Positions 48,063 to 57,057 are shown, counted from the first letter of the stretch. The stretch: DNA of 64,000 nt from an uncultured Candidatus Saccharibacteria bacterium (GCA_964456475.1 CAYVZI010000001.1:11762-75761); one strand, 5' to 3'. Notes: generated by a model not told the origin, from the letters alone. A program made the numbers and translations.

Positions 48063-48267
48063 ATTCTGTCTTCTGAATTATAGGTATGTTACGACAAGAC
48101 TACTCTTACTAGTATATTCCTTTTTTTTCAATAAACCACTAGTTTTGGCAATTTATTGATAATATTGACATTATATATTATTTATGCTATTATTTCAAGT
48201 AAATCCCGGTTTAGTGAGATGAGCGTCCAGTCCACCTGGAAATTGATCTCACTAAATCCATTAAAAA

Positions 48268-48762
48268 TTGAAAACAGGTTCGCGACTCGGAAGAATTCTC
48301 TTAGGGATAGGAGCTTTTCTTGCAACGAGTGGTTTCAGCTACTCGTTTGATTATTTTGTTTACCCGATTGTTACCTATTATTTCGGGTTCTCAAAAAGTT
48401 TAATTATTTTATTTCTCGCTGCGCTTATCATGAATTATTTCGTTGTACTTTTGTACGATCTGTTCAAAAAAGATTTTTTTGGATTTGAGGCACTTAAGGA
48501 AATGAAGGAGTCAGGTAACGGCAGAGGTATGATGTACAGAATAATGAAATGGGGCGATATTCCCTTCTTTATCTTTCTTTCATGGTACGACCCAATATTT
48601 GCGGTTTTATACAAAAGGAGGAGTAAAAGCTTTAACGGCTTTAGAAGGAGAGATTATTTTATTCTTGTGCTTAGTACATTAATTGGGTGTATTATCTGGT
48701 CAGGATTTTGGTCAGCAGGTATTGAATTTGTTAAATACATATTTCCACAATGGTTCTCCTAG
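48268..48762 (+). CDS. hypothetical membrane protein (TTG start)
   Basis: 4 predicted TM helices. Its 3' end is duplicated at 50530-50660. Confidence 0.5.
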   Translation: MKTGSRLGRILLGIGAFLATSGFSYSFDYFVYPIVTYYFGFSKSLIILFLAALIMNYFVVLLYDLFKKDFFGFEALKEMKESGNGRGMMYRIMKWGDIPFFIFLSWYDPIFAVLYKRRSKSFNGFRRRDYFILVLSTLIGCIIWSGFWSAGIEFVKYIFPQWFS

Positions 48763-48822
48763 CAATAGCGAGAGCCATTTTTTTATCCTATTTTTAAACA
48801 ATAATGAGAGTCCCTCGTTTCG
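48693..48822 (+). repeat. direct repeat copy 1 (~130 bp; 3' end of the 48268 gene plus 60 bp downstream)
   Basis: About 97% identical to 50530-50660. Confidence 0.85.
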
Positions 48823-49015
48823 ATATAATCTGATTTTATTATAAGTACCCCCCCTTTTTTTGCGTATTAAAAAACAAAACTGCAGTCCCCGCTTGTTTTT
48901 TTTGGCAACTGCCTATGATATTCTTCGTCAGTTAATTTTTTGGACATGAAAATTGTCTTTCTAATTTGACATAGAAATAATACTACTGTAGTTTAATATA
49001 TAAAAATATCTTTAT

Positions 49016-49579
49016 ATGGGACTTATTGAAATAAAGGGAAAGAGGCTAACCTTGAGAGAAATTTCAAAAGATGATCTGCCCCAATTACTCCTTTGGAGAA
49101 ATTCGGAAATCTTTCAAAAATCATGTCTTTCCTACTCGAAAGACTGCACAATTGAAGAACTTGACAGAGAAATTGACATTTCATATCGTCAAGATAAATA
49201 TGCTCAATTTATTGCTTGGACATCAGACGACAAGCCAGTAGGTACGAACTGGATATATCGATACCACAAAACAAATGGCATAGGATTTACCACAACATTT
49301 GTTGATGAGCAATACAGACAAAGTCATTATTATGCGATTGAAATGTTCGCACTCATTTGCAAATATATGTTTAACGAACTTGCTTGTCGAAAGATTTACT
49401 CAGAAGTTCACGCTGGGAATACTCCTTCAATGAATATCTTCAACAAACTTAATCTTCCTCTTGAAGCGACATTTAAGAATCACTCAAAAGTGGGTTTGAA
49501 CGATTTCGAGGATCTGTTGGTTTACGCCTTGTACAAAGAAGCCTTTGAATCCATGAATATTCCAAAAAAACTTTTGTGA
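49016..49579 (+). CDS. GNAT family N-acetyltransferase (RimJ/RimL-like)
   Basis: GNAT fold pattern including the motif A region. Confidence 0.7.
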   Translation: MGLIEIKGKRLTLREISKDDLPQLLLWRNSEIFQKSCLSYSKDCTIEELDREIDISYRQDKYAQFIAWTSDDKPVGTNWIYRYHKTNGIGFTTTFVDEQYRQSHYYAIEMFALICKYMFNELACRKIYSEVHAGNTPSMNIFNKLNLPLEATFKNHSKVGLNDFEDLLVYALYKEAFESMNIPKKLL

Positions 49580-49580
49580 C

Positions 49581-49612
49581 CGCACCAGCATTGGTGTGGT
49601 TTTTTAATATTC
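49581..49612. terminator. bidirectional intrinsic terminator
   Basis: accgcaccagcattggtgtggtttttt. Confidence 0.7.
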
Positions 49613-49846
49613 CATTTTGAGAATTAAACCTTTCGGGATTGAAAAATATTTCGGTTGAGCTTCTGGGTGTTTTTTGTTTGTATGAATATTTAGTGTCTCC
49701 TCGTTTTCTACTATAATATAATCGGCACTTTCTTTGACGAGAGTGCCAATAGTTTTCATCTGACTTGGAGTGCTAATTTCCTCATTCGAGGAATACATGA
49801 ATATATCGTTCCAATATATTGTTACTTGCTGATTATTCTTTATCAT
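49604..49846 (-). CDS. small protein, paralog B of a tandem pair
   Basis: 80 aa. It shares the pattern TIyW.D...P...G.li.E.......KK......IP...ii..K with the upstream ORF. Confidence 0.5.
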   Translation of the reverse strand: MIKNNQQVTIYWNDIFMYSSNEEISTPSQMKTIGTLVKESADYIIVENEETLNIHTNKKHPEAQPKYFSIPKGLILKMEY

Positions 49847-50110
49847 AAAAATCTATCTTTTTAAACTCAATAATTGCATTTTCAGGAATGATAAAGCCAT
49901 TAGTGGGAACCATACTTTTCTTTTCTTTGTCATAGTGAACACTGCATGCAATATTCGTCCATTGTTCGTTTGTCTCTATAATGAAGCCACAGGTCAAATT
50001 AATCTTTGGAGTTTCATTCTCGAGTGCCTGTATATCATCAGTATATGCAGCATCCCGCCAGAGAATAGTACAAATAGGATTTTTATAATTTATGTTTTTT
50101 GTAGCCATGT
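49833..50110 (-). CDS. small protein, paralog A of the tandem pair (trimmed to MATKNINYK)
   Basis: About 92 aa. The ORF-track N-terminal His-rich extension overlaps another frame and was rejected. Confidence 0.45.
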
Positions 50111-50172
50111 AAATAAAATGTAAAAAGTGCAGTAATATTATACCACACTTTTTATTTTTGTAGTGACACGGA

Positions 50173-50382
50173 TTATTTTCCGCTACTACTGCCACCACTA
50201 CTGCTATGTGATGATGACGAATTACTGGATGAATTATTACTCGACGATGCCTTGTGGGCAGCTCTTTCTGGTAATTCACCAGATTTTTGTGCATGATCAC
50301 GTGCATCATGCCAAGCAGACGATACTTCCCTTGTTGAGGAATTGGTATCTCGTGCTGCATCAGATTTAGTATATTCTGACAA
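50173..50382 (-). CDS. small hydrophilic protein with Ser-rich C-terminal tail
   Basis: TTG start preceded by AAGGAGGA at 7 nt, and a TTGACA-N16-TAAAAT promoter about 60 bp upstream. Confidence 0.5.
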   Translation of the reverse strand: MSEYTKSDAARDTNSSTREVSSAWHDARDHAQKSGELPERAAHKASSSNNSSSNSSSSHSSSGGSSSGK

Positions 50383-50529
50383 GTCTATATCCTCCTTTTC
50401 AAGCCTAGTTTTATTCCTGAAAACCTTCCGGAACCTTGCTTAATTATATTTTACTATAATAGGAAAGGTTGTCAATGAAAATACTCATATTCAGTGACTT
50501 AAATAAATAAGTACTGCCACAGGCTGTCT

Positions 50530-50660
50530 TATCTGGTCAGGATTTTGGTCAGCAGGTATTGAATTTGTTAAATACATATTTCCACAATGGTTCTCCTAGC
50601 AATAGCGAGAGCCATTTTTTTATCCTATTTTTTAAACAATAATGAGAATCCCTCGTTTCG
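50530..50660 (+). repeat. direct repeat copy 2 (non-coding remnant of the 48268 gene 3' end)
   Basis: Same as copy 1 apart from 3 differences. It has no start codon. Confidence 0.85.
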
Positions 50661-50710
50661 GTTCTTCATCACTTTGGTTCCACAGACTACGATCTATAAT
50701 ACCGAACTCA

Positions 50711-52042
50711 TTAGTCTAAAAGAAAATGCATAATGGCTGGTGCTTGAATCAATGCATGCGTTTTACCGTATAGCACAAACTGAGAAATCCCGGCCAGATG
50801 ATTCTTTATAATCTGGCCCGCAATGTGTGCGTCTCGATACCCAGCGATGAATGAGGCTATTTCGCGAATAGGATTTTCTTCATTAGTAGGATCAGAGAAA
50901 CGATAAAAAAGATCTGAATCCTCCTGGTTCAATTGGTGACCTGAAATTCTTTGATGAATTTCGGAAAATATTTCAAGCGAATAAGTCGCTTTTGTTAAAT
51001 CATTGAATTCGTCGATAAAATATTGAATGTATGATACAAAGTCAGGTTTATCAGTCTCTTGCGAATACTGATATGCTCGGTCGCACATAAGCGAATAAAA
51101 AACCAGATTAAGTCCATATTTCTCTGATGCATCATCAATTATCTTCTTTTGATCAGGTTCGTAACAAACGGATCGAATCCCTGCTCCTGAAGCGAGAAAC
51201 ATTAGATATCCTCCTTCACCTCCCTGATTGATTATTGATGAGTGTTTGTCAGAAGCCACGTCACGTAAAGCTCCTTCTATCACTACACATCTGTTTTTTC
51301 CTTCGGTATTTGTCAAAAAAACGTCGAATTTTGATTCAATTTCCGTAAACACTGGATCGTTAGGTTCGTATGAATGACGAACCCCTAGATAATAAAGTGT
51401 GGCTTTAGCCGAATCGTATATTTTAAAATAAACATCTTGGTCAGTCTCAAGTTCTTGGACATTAGCATACGAAACAAGTTTGTCCCGAATGGAATCTATG
51501 GAAGTAATTTGATTCATACTTATACTTCTTTGTATAAATTCATAATCCCTCATAATATTGTACGCTGTTTGATAAAAATCTACGTCTGTTGTTTTAAGAA
51601 GCTCAACTTGTTGTCTGAGAATTTTAAGTGTTTCGTTCGGTGACTTCCAAACAACAAAGTGCCCCACTTCAATTTCATCGGCGGTGAGCTGTAGCTCACC
51701 CTTTCCTCCTACGACATCGACAACATAGCAATGAGTAATTACATGCCTATTCCGTGCCGGACGATAATCATCAATCTCTCCAATATATCCTTGAATTGAG
51801 ACATCACAACCAATCTCTTCCTTGCACTCGCGTAAAATTCCCTCTTCGATCGATTCTCCTTCCTCAATTCCACCGCCGGGCAAAAGAAAAAATCCATGGC
51901 GATTCGTGCCAACAAGCGCAATATTTCCTTCCTGATCAAGGGCAACTACACGTCCGGTTAGTCGGTCAATATACTCAACACCATCAAGTGGCGTGTTGCG
52001 ATTCGGTAATACATCTTTTTCATAATAAGTTTTTAGATGCAT
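50711..52042 (-). CDS. NUDIX hydrolase fused to an uncharacterised ~290-aa C-terminal domain
   Basis: Nudix box LPGGGIEEGESIEEGILRECKEEIG at residues 55-80. The C-terminal domain has no recognised motif. Confidence 0.7.
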   Translation of the reverse strand: MHLKTYYEKDVLPNRNTPLDGVEYIDRLTGRVVALDQEGNIALVGTNRHGFFLLPGGGIEEGESIEEGILRECKEEIGCDVSIQGYIGEIDDYRPARNRHVITHCYVVDVVGGKGELQLTADEIEVGHFVVWKSPNETLKILRQQVELLKTTDVDFYQTAYNIMRDYEFIQRSISMNQITSIDSIRDKLVSYANVQELETDQDVYFKIYDSAKATLYYLGVRHSYEPNDPVFTEIESKFDVFLTNTEGKNRCVVIEGALRDVASDKHSSIINQGGEGGYLMFLASGAGIRSVCYEPDQKKIIDDASEKYGLNLVFYSLMCDRAYQYSQETDKPDFVSYIQYFIDEFNDLTKATYSLEIFSEIHQRISGHQLNQEDSDLFYRFSDPTNEENPIREIASFIAGYRDAHIAGQIIKNHLAGISQFVLYGKTHALIQAPAIMHFLLD

Positions 52043-52563
52043 AGTGATTTTAAAAATTCATCTATTTCTTCATTATCTTTAAAGATATAGACTTTTTTGT
52101 TATGAGAATGACTTAAAACTTTCTCCCGCATCATTTTTGTAGGATATTGCAAAATATATTTTACAAGATTCCAACTAATTCTTTCTCGTGTGCCATCAGT
52201 CTTATCAAAAGGTTGCTCTGTATTAAAAATTCGTTTGAAAGCACGCCAGAGACACAGCCATTTTGGAAAATCCAAAAAAATAATCATTGTGGCTTTTTCA
52301 AACCTATCGTCAATTGTCTTACGGTAATTACCGTCAATAATCCACTCTTCTTGATCTTGTAAATCAGTCACCACTCGCAAAAATCCCAGTTTTGAGTACC
52401 GCTCTTTCCATTTATTGGTCCAGTAATACATATCAAGATGATCCACCTTGCGCCCAAGTTTCTGTCCAATCTTGTTTGCCAAGGTTGATTTTCCCGCACC
52501 CGAAACACCAATTATCGCGATTCGACTGAGATTAGACCTCTCCATAACAGAATAATAACACAT
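52033..52563 (-). CDS. P-loop NTPase/kinase (adenylate-kinase-like, topology-modulation FlaR-type)
   Basis: Walker A IIGVSGAGKSTLA and a small kinase-like size. It overlaps the downstream NUDIX gene by 10 nt. Confidence 0.65.
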   Translation of the reverse strand: MCYYSVMERSNLSRIAIIGVSGAGKSTLANKIGQKLGRKVDHLDMYYWTNKWKERYSKLGFLRVVTDLQDQEEWIIDGNYRKTIDDRFEKATMIIFLDFPKWLCLWRAFKRIFNTEQPFDKTDGTRERISWNLVKYILQYPTKMMREKVLSHSHNKKVYIFKDNEEIDEFLKSLCI

Positions 52564-52643
52564 TATTATAAAATAGTTGCATTATTTTTCAAATATGGTT
52601 TAATATATTCAAATTTCATTGTTAACCCACACAATTTTTTACG

Positions 52644-52886
52644 ATGAGTAGAATTGTAACAAAGAGTGCAACTATGGGTTGCCAGGATAGCAAGTGCAAA
52701 GGAAAAGAGAAATCAGGTATTTTGACCACCAATGGTCAAACTGCAACCTTTGTTTGTGAGGATGGGCACACAACTCATCTCGAAAAAAAGTCAGGAGAAT
52801 ATATTCCTGTTGATCCATATATAAAACCAAAAAAAAGGCCGGTTTTAGAAGGGGTTTTTAAATGGAGAGGTTATTTTTTCAAGTAA
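52644..52886 (+). CDS. small Cys/His-containing protein
   Basis: 80 aa with Cys/His spacing C-x5-C...C-x3-H, followed by a strong terminator. Confidence 0.5.
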   Translation: MSRIVTKSATMGCQDSKCKGKEKSGILTTNGQTATFVCEDGHTTHLEKKSGEYIPVDPYIKPKKRPVLEGVFKWRGYFFK

Positions 52887-52891
52887 CATGC

Positions 52892-52931
52892 AAAATGGGT
52901 TTGCGACAATTGTCGCAAACCCATTTTTTAA
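52892..52931. terminator. bidirectional intrinsic terminator (15-bp stem)
   Basis: aaatgggtttgcgacaattgtcgcaaacccatttttt. Confidence 0.8.
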
Positions 52932-52965
52932 TTAGACATTAAATATTAGTCATTAAAAATTGACT

Positions 52966-54057
52966 TTACAATCCTTCAGCCTTGAGCGTCTCTATCGCCT
53001 CTTTGGCTTTCTTTGAAAGTTTGTTTGGGATTTTGACTGTCACTTTGACCATCAAGTCTCCTCTTTTTCCGCGTGGATTGGGTACTCCTTTTTCTTTCAC
53101 GCGAAGGATTGTGCCGGATGCGATTCCTTCCGGAATTTCAATCGTGACCGCACCATCCAATGTTTCAATTTTACGATCGGCACCGAGAAGTGCTTCGGAA
53201 AGTTTCACTTCCATATCCATGGTGAGATTTTGTCGATCACGGCGGAATATCGGATGCGATTGTACATTTATTTTTATATACAAATCTCCAGATGTTCCTT
53301 TTCGCACTGCTTCACCGAGTCCAGTCATACGGATCATCTCGCCTGCTTCGATTCCAGCCGGAACACGAATTTCAATTTCTTCTTCCTTGCGTTTTACACC
53401 TGCTCCGTGACAAGAACCACAGAGTTCTGATGGAATTGTTCCCGAGCCATGACATGCGTCACATTCACGCGTTGTAACAAACGATCCAAGCATTGAGCGA
53501 CGAGTCTCTCGAATTTGTCCCTTTCCATTACATTGACTACAGGTGATTTGTTTTGCTCCGGCTTTTGCGCCTGAACCAGTACAGGTATCACAGGTAGAAA
53601 CTTTTGTTATCAAAATTTTACGAACCGTTCCAAAGATACTATCAGCAAAAGGGATCGTAATTTCAGTAGAAATATCACGCCCACGACGTGTTTGTGAGCC
53701 CCCACGAGCCCCACCACCAAAGAAATCAGAGAAGATATCTCCTAGGTCGCCCATGTCAAAACCCTGGCCGTTTTGGAAGCCTGAGAAGTCAAAACCACCC
53801 ATATTGGATGGGTCAAAGCCTTGCCCACCTCCGAATCCACCTTGTGGTCCAGCAGAGCCAAATCGGTCGTATTGAGCGCGTTTAGAGTCGTCAGAAAGCG
53901 TCTGATAAGCCTCGTTTACCTCCTTGAATTTCGCATCATCACCCTTGTTCTTGTCAGGGTGGTATTTATGAGCCATCTTATGAAAGGCCTTTTTAATCTC
54001 CTCTTTTGAGGAAGTTTTTGAAACGCCTAAAATTTCGTAATAGTCTTTATTCGCCAT
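52966..54057 (-). CDS. dnaJ: chaperone DnaJ
   Basis: J domain with HPD, a G/F-rich region, and four CxxCxGxG zinc-finger repeats. Confidence 0.95.
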   Translation of the reverse strand: MANKDYYEILGVSKTSSKEEIKKAFHKMAHKYHPDKNKGDDAKFKEVNEAYQTLSDDSKRAQYDRFGSAGPQGGFGGGQGFDPSNMGGFDFSGFQNGQGFDMGDLGDIFSDFFGGGARGGSQTRRGRDISTEITIPFADSIFGTVRKILITKVSTCDTCTGSGAKAGAKQITCSQCNGKGQIRETRRSMLGSFVTTRECDACHGSGTIPSELCGSCHGAGVKRKEEEIEIRVPAGIEAGEMIRMTGLGEAVRKGTSGDLYIKINVQSHPIFRRDRQNLTMDMEVKLSEALLGADRKIETLDGAVTIEIPEGIASGTILRVKEKGVPNPRGKRGDLMVKVTVKIPNKLSKKAKEAIETLKAEGL

Positions 54058-54124
54058 ACGCCGTGCATAATACTATGAATAATAAAATGCGACAAGAAAT
54101 TGGATGATTCCCCTCACTCGTATT

Positions 54125-54475
54125 GGGTCATCCTGAATTTATTTCAGGATCCAGGGCTATAGACAAATCTTTCCATTCTGGATTATGCTCTTGTATCAAA
54201 TTAATCTTCCAATTTCTATGCCATGCTTTTAATTGTTTTTCGCGTTCAATCGCAGAAATTGGATTTTCAGACTCTTCATAATAAACCAGAGTATTAATTT
54301 TATATTGCTTTGTAAATCCGCCTGCAAGACTATGTTTGTGCTCATATATGCGACGGATTAAATCATTTGTAACACCTATGTATAAAGTGCCGTTCTTTTT
54401 GTTTGCCAAAATATAAACATAATAATGTTTATCGTACATACAAATACTGGATCCTGAAATAAATTCAGGATGACC
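54125..54475. mobile_element. 351-bp cassette with perfect 30-bp terminal inverted repeats enclosing a GIY-YIG nuclease gene
   Basis: Left end gggtcatcctgaatttatttcaggatccag (54125-54154). Right end is its exact reverse complement (54446-54475). Each end is itself an 8-bp-stem hairpin. Confidence 0.6.
54128..54439 (-). CDS. small GIY-YIG nuclease superfamily protein (COG2827-like)
   Basis: MYDKHYYVYILANKKNGTLYIGVTNDLIRRIYEHK...REKQLKAWHRNWKINLI. The ORF-track N- and C-terminal residues are translated from the inverted repeats, so the start was trimmed to MYDK. Confidence 0.75.
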   Translation of the reverse strand: MYDKHYYVYILANKKNGTLYIGVTNDLIRRIYEHKHSLAGGFTKQYKINTLVYYEESENPISAIEREKQLKAWHRNWKINLIQEHNPEWKDLSIALDPEINSG

Positions 54476-54488
54476 CAAACACACATAT

Positions 54489-55916
54489 TTACCCCAATAA
54501 TTCTTTCAAAATTTTTGTAGCGAGAGCTGGGTTTGCAGAACCTTTTGTCTCTTTCATCATCTGACCCACGAGGCTCATGAGTGCATTTTCTTTTCCACCT
54601 TTATATGACTCTGCCGCCTGTGCATTTGTATCGATTATCTTCTGTGCGATTTCTTTGAGTGCACCTTCGTCATTTTTCTGAAGCAAATCTTTTTCGGTAG
54701 CAATTACAATTGGCGAACCATCTTCGACAACAATCATCGCAAGAATATCTTTTGCTGCGCGTGAAGAAATCTTGTTGTCAGCAAAAAGGGTTACCAATTC
54801 GGCAAAGTTTTCTGGGCTCGGCAATCGTATGTCAGAATTCGTCTTTTTCAAACCCACATAATCGGATGTAATATAGTTTGATGCAACTTTTATTTTTTCA
54901 GCATCCTTCAACACACCTGCAACTTTTTCAAACCAAAGCGCAAGTTCATAATCATTGATATACGTTTCGATATCCTCCGCCTTAATGCCATATTCATTCG
55001 CATATCGAGCACGCTTAGCCACAGGAAGCTCTGGCAATTCCTTGCGTAAGGCATTGGTATCAAACATTTCCGAAAGCATAAATTTCGGAATATCTGGATC
55101 AGGGAAATAGCGGTATTCCTGGGCAGATTCTTTTGCACGCTGAGAAAATGTACTCTGTTTGCTGTCATCCCAACCTCGCGTTTCTTTGACAATCTCTCCT
55201 TCTCGTCCAGCTTCGTAAAGCTCAATCATACGAGCGACTTCATAGCGAATCGCCTTCTCCGCGCTCTTAAATGAGTTGATGTTCTTTACTTCGACATAGG
55301 TAGTGAGCTTGCCTTTCTCTGTTGAGACAGACACGTTCACCTCCACACGAAATTCTCCTTTTTCCATGTTTGCATCTCCTGCACCAAGGTACTGAAGAAG
55401 AAGTTGATATTCTTTGGCAAAATTTGCGCCAACATTCGCTGCTTCATCTACAGAATCAAATGTGTGTGGCTCAGTGACAAGCTCCATGAGCGGTACACCA
55501 GCACGGTTGAAGTCAACGAGTGAGTAATCGCCTCGGTCATGCTTACTCGTTGCAGTATCTTCTTCAAGATGAATGCGATGAATCTTCATTCCAGCAAGCT
55601 CTCCACCTGAAACGATAGGATATTTGAATTGGGAAATCTGATACCCCTTTGGAATGTCTGGATAGAAATAACTTTTGCGATCAAATTCGGTAAAATTTGC
55701 AATTGTACCCCCTACAGCAAGCCCCACTCGGATGACTTGCTCCATGGCGCGTTTGTTTGGCACAGGAATAGTGCCTGGATGTGCCATACACACAGGACAG
55801 ATGTTCACATTCGGATTTTTCTCATCCGGGTCGTTCTTACAGCCACAAAACATCTTTGAGTTTGTTTTGAGTTCGGCGTGGATTTCAAGACCGAGAGTTG
55901 GATAATATGTGTTCAT
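54489..55916 (-). CDS. gatB: aspartyl/glutamyl-tRNA(Asn/Gln) amidotransferase subunit B
   Basis: MNTYYPTLGLEIHAEL..CGC plus a GatB/YqeY C-terminus. Confidence 0.95.
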   Translation of the reverse strand: MNTYYPTLGLEIHAELKTNSKMFCGCKNDPDEKNPNVNICPVCMAHPGTIPVPNKRAMEQVIRVGLAVGGTIANFTEFDRKSYFYPDIPKGYQISQFKYPIVSGGELAGMKIHRIHLEEDTATSKHDRGDYSLVDFNRAGVPLMELVTEPHTFDSVDEAANVGANFAKEYQLLLQYLGAGDANMEKGEFRVEVNVSVSTEKGKLTTYVEVKNINSFKSAEKAIRYEVARMIELYEAGREGEIVKETRGWDDSKQSTFSQRAKESAQEYRYFPDPDIPKFMLSEMFDTNALRKELPELPVAKRARYANEYGIKAEDIETYINDYELALWFEKVAGVLKDAEKIKVASNYITSDYVGLKKTNSDIRLPSPENFAELVTLFADNKISSRAAKDILAMIVVEDGSPIVIATEKDLLQKNDEGALKEIAQKIIDTNAQAAESYKGGKENALMSLVGQMMKETKGSANPALATKILKELLG

Positions 55917-55920
55917 AGTA

Positions 55921-55988
55921 GGGTTTAGGTTTTAGGTGTTAGGGTTTAGTAATTCGAATTGTATTTCTAAATCCTAGACCCTAACCCC
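55921..55988. repeat. CTAGG/TTAGGG-type palindromic element
   Basis: gggtttaggttttaggtgttagggtttag-N17-ctaaatcctagaccctaacccc. Confidence 0.7.
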
Positions 55989-55990
55989 TG

Positions 55991-56995
55991 TTATTTTAGG
56001 TATTTCTTAATATTTGCGAGGTGTTCGGCGTAGGTTTTCGCGTAATGGATAGTACCATTTTTGTCATGAAGATAATAGAGGTACGGTGTTGTGCTGTAAT
56101 TCACTGCAGCAGTCAATGCATCAAGGCCTGGATTGGATATCGGAGCCGGTGGAAGCCCCTTGTGGAGATAGGTATTAAAGGGCGAAACTACAGAAAAATC
56201 AGCTTTCTTGAGTGGTCCATTTGGCTTATTCACTGCATAAGCCACAGTAGCATCTACCTGCAGTCTCATACCTTTTGCAAGACGACTCCACAAAATACTC
56301 GAGATAATTGTTCGGTCTCCGACTCCTCGAGCCTCTTTCTCGATGATTGAAGCCATGATAACAATTTCTTGTTTTGTATGATTTCCCATTGAATCAGCTG
56401 AAAATAGATTCTTTGTCTTTAAATCAAACATTGCTCTCATTTCATCAACGATGTCAGATGGTTTTGTTTTTGAATAAATAAAATAAGTTTCTGGAAAAAG
56501 ATATCCTTCATGTGCTTTTGCTGAAAGCAAAAAATCTTCGGTGGCAAAATCAGAAATTTTTTCGGAAAGAATCTCGCTCATTTCCAAAACCGAAGTACCT
56601 TCCGGAATTGTAATCTTTATCGGTTTCAAATTGTGCACGCCAAAGGCGATTTGGCGTGCGACTGCAAATACTGAAATCGGTCGGTCGAAGAAATAATCGC
56701 CCGGAGGAACCTTCATATCCTTACCATAAAAAGTTACGAGCGTAGAAAAGAGTGCACGTGACCGAATATACTGTTTGTTCGACAATTCTGTGCCAACACT
56801 CTTCAGGCTCTGTCCGGGTGTTATCGTAAAGACTGTCTCACCTTCTGGAAAATCTGACGGGGCCGACAACGCAAAAACAAAAACGGCAATTACCGCAATA
56901 ACACCAAACACTCGACCGAGCCGATTCCGCTTTTGCGGAATCGGCTCGAGAGCTGTATTTTCTTCTGTATTCAGAACTGAATTATCTGACTCCAT
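55991..56995 (-). CDS. mltG: endolytic murein transglycosylase MltG (YceG-like)
   Basis: N-terminal TM helix and a YceG domain pattern. Confidence 0.8.
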   Translation of the reverse strand: MESDNSVLNTEENTALEPIPQKRNRLGRVFGVIAVIAVFVFALSAPSDFPEGETVFTITPGQSLKSVGTELSNKQYIRSRALFSTLVTFYGKDMKVPPGDYFFDRPISVFAVARQIAFGVHNLKPIKITIPEGTSVLEMSEILSEKISDFATEDFLLSAKAHEGYLFPETYFIYSKTKPSDIVDEMRAMFDLKTKNLFSADSMGNHTKQEIVIMASIIEKEARGVGDRTIISSILWSRLAKGMRLQVDATVAYAVNKPNGPLKKADFSVVSPFNTYLHKGLPPAPISNPGLDALTAAVNYSTTPYLYYLHDKNGTIHYAKTYAEHLANIKKYLK

Positions 56996-57057
56996 GCATT
57001 TGATCTGACTTTATAAACTTTACAAACTTCACAACTTTTAACTTACTAATTTGCCAA

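Noticed and set aside
50111-50360. His-rich N-terminal part of ORF 49833..50360
   Set aside because: It overlaps ORF 50173..50382 in another frame. That ORF has a consensus SD and promoter, while the His-rich stretch is low-complexity read-through.
54440-54484. First 15 residues (MCLGHPEFISGSSIC) of the GIY-YIG ORF
   Set aside because: They are encoded by the right inverted repeat, and family members start at M-x-x-K-x-YYVYIL. The start was trimmed to MYDK.
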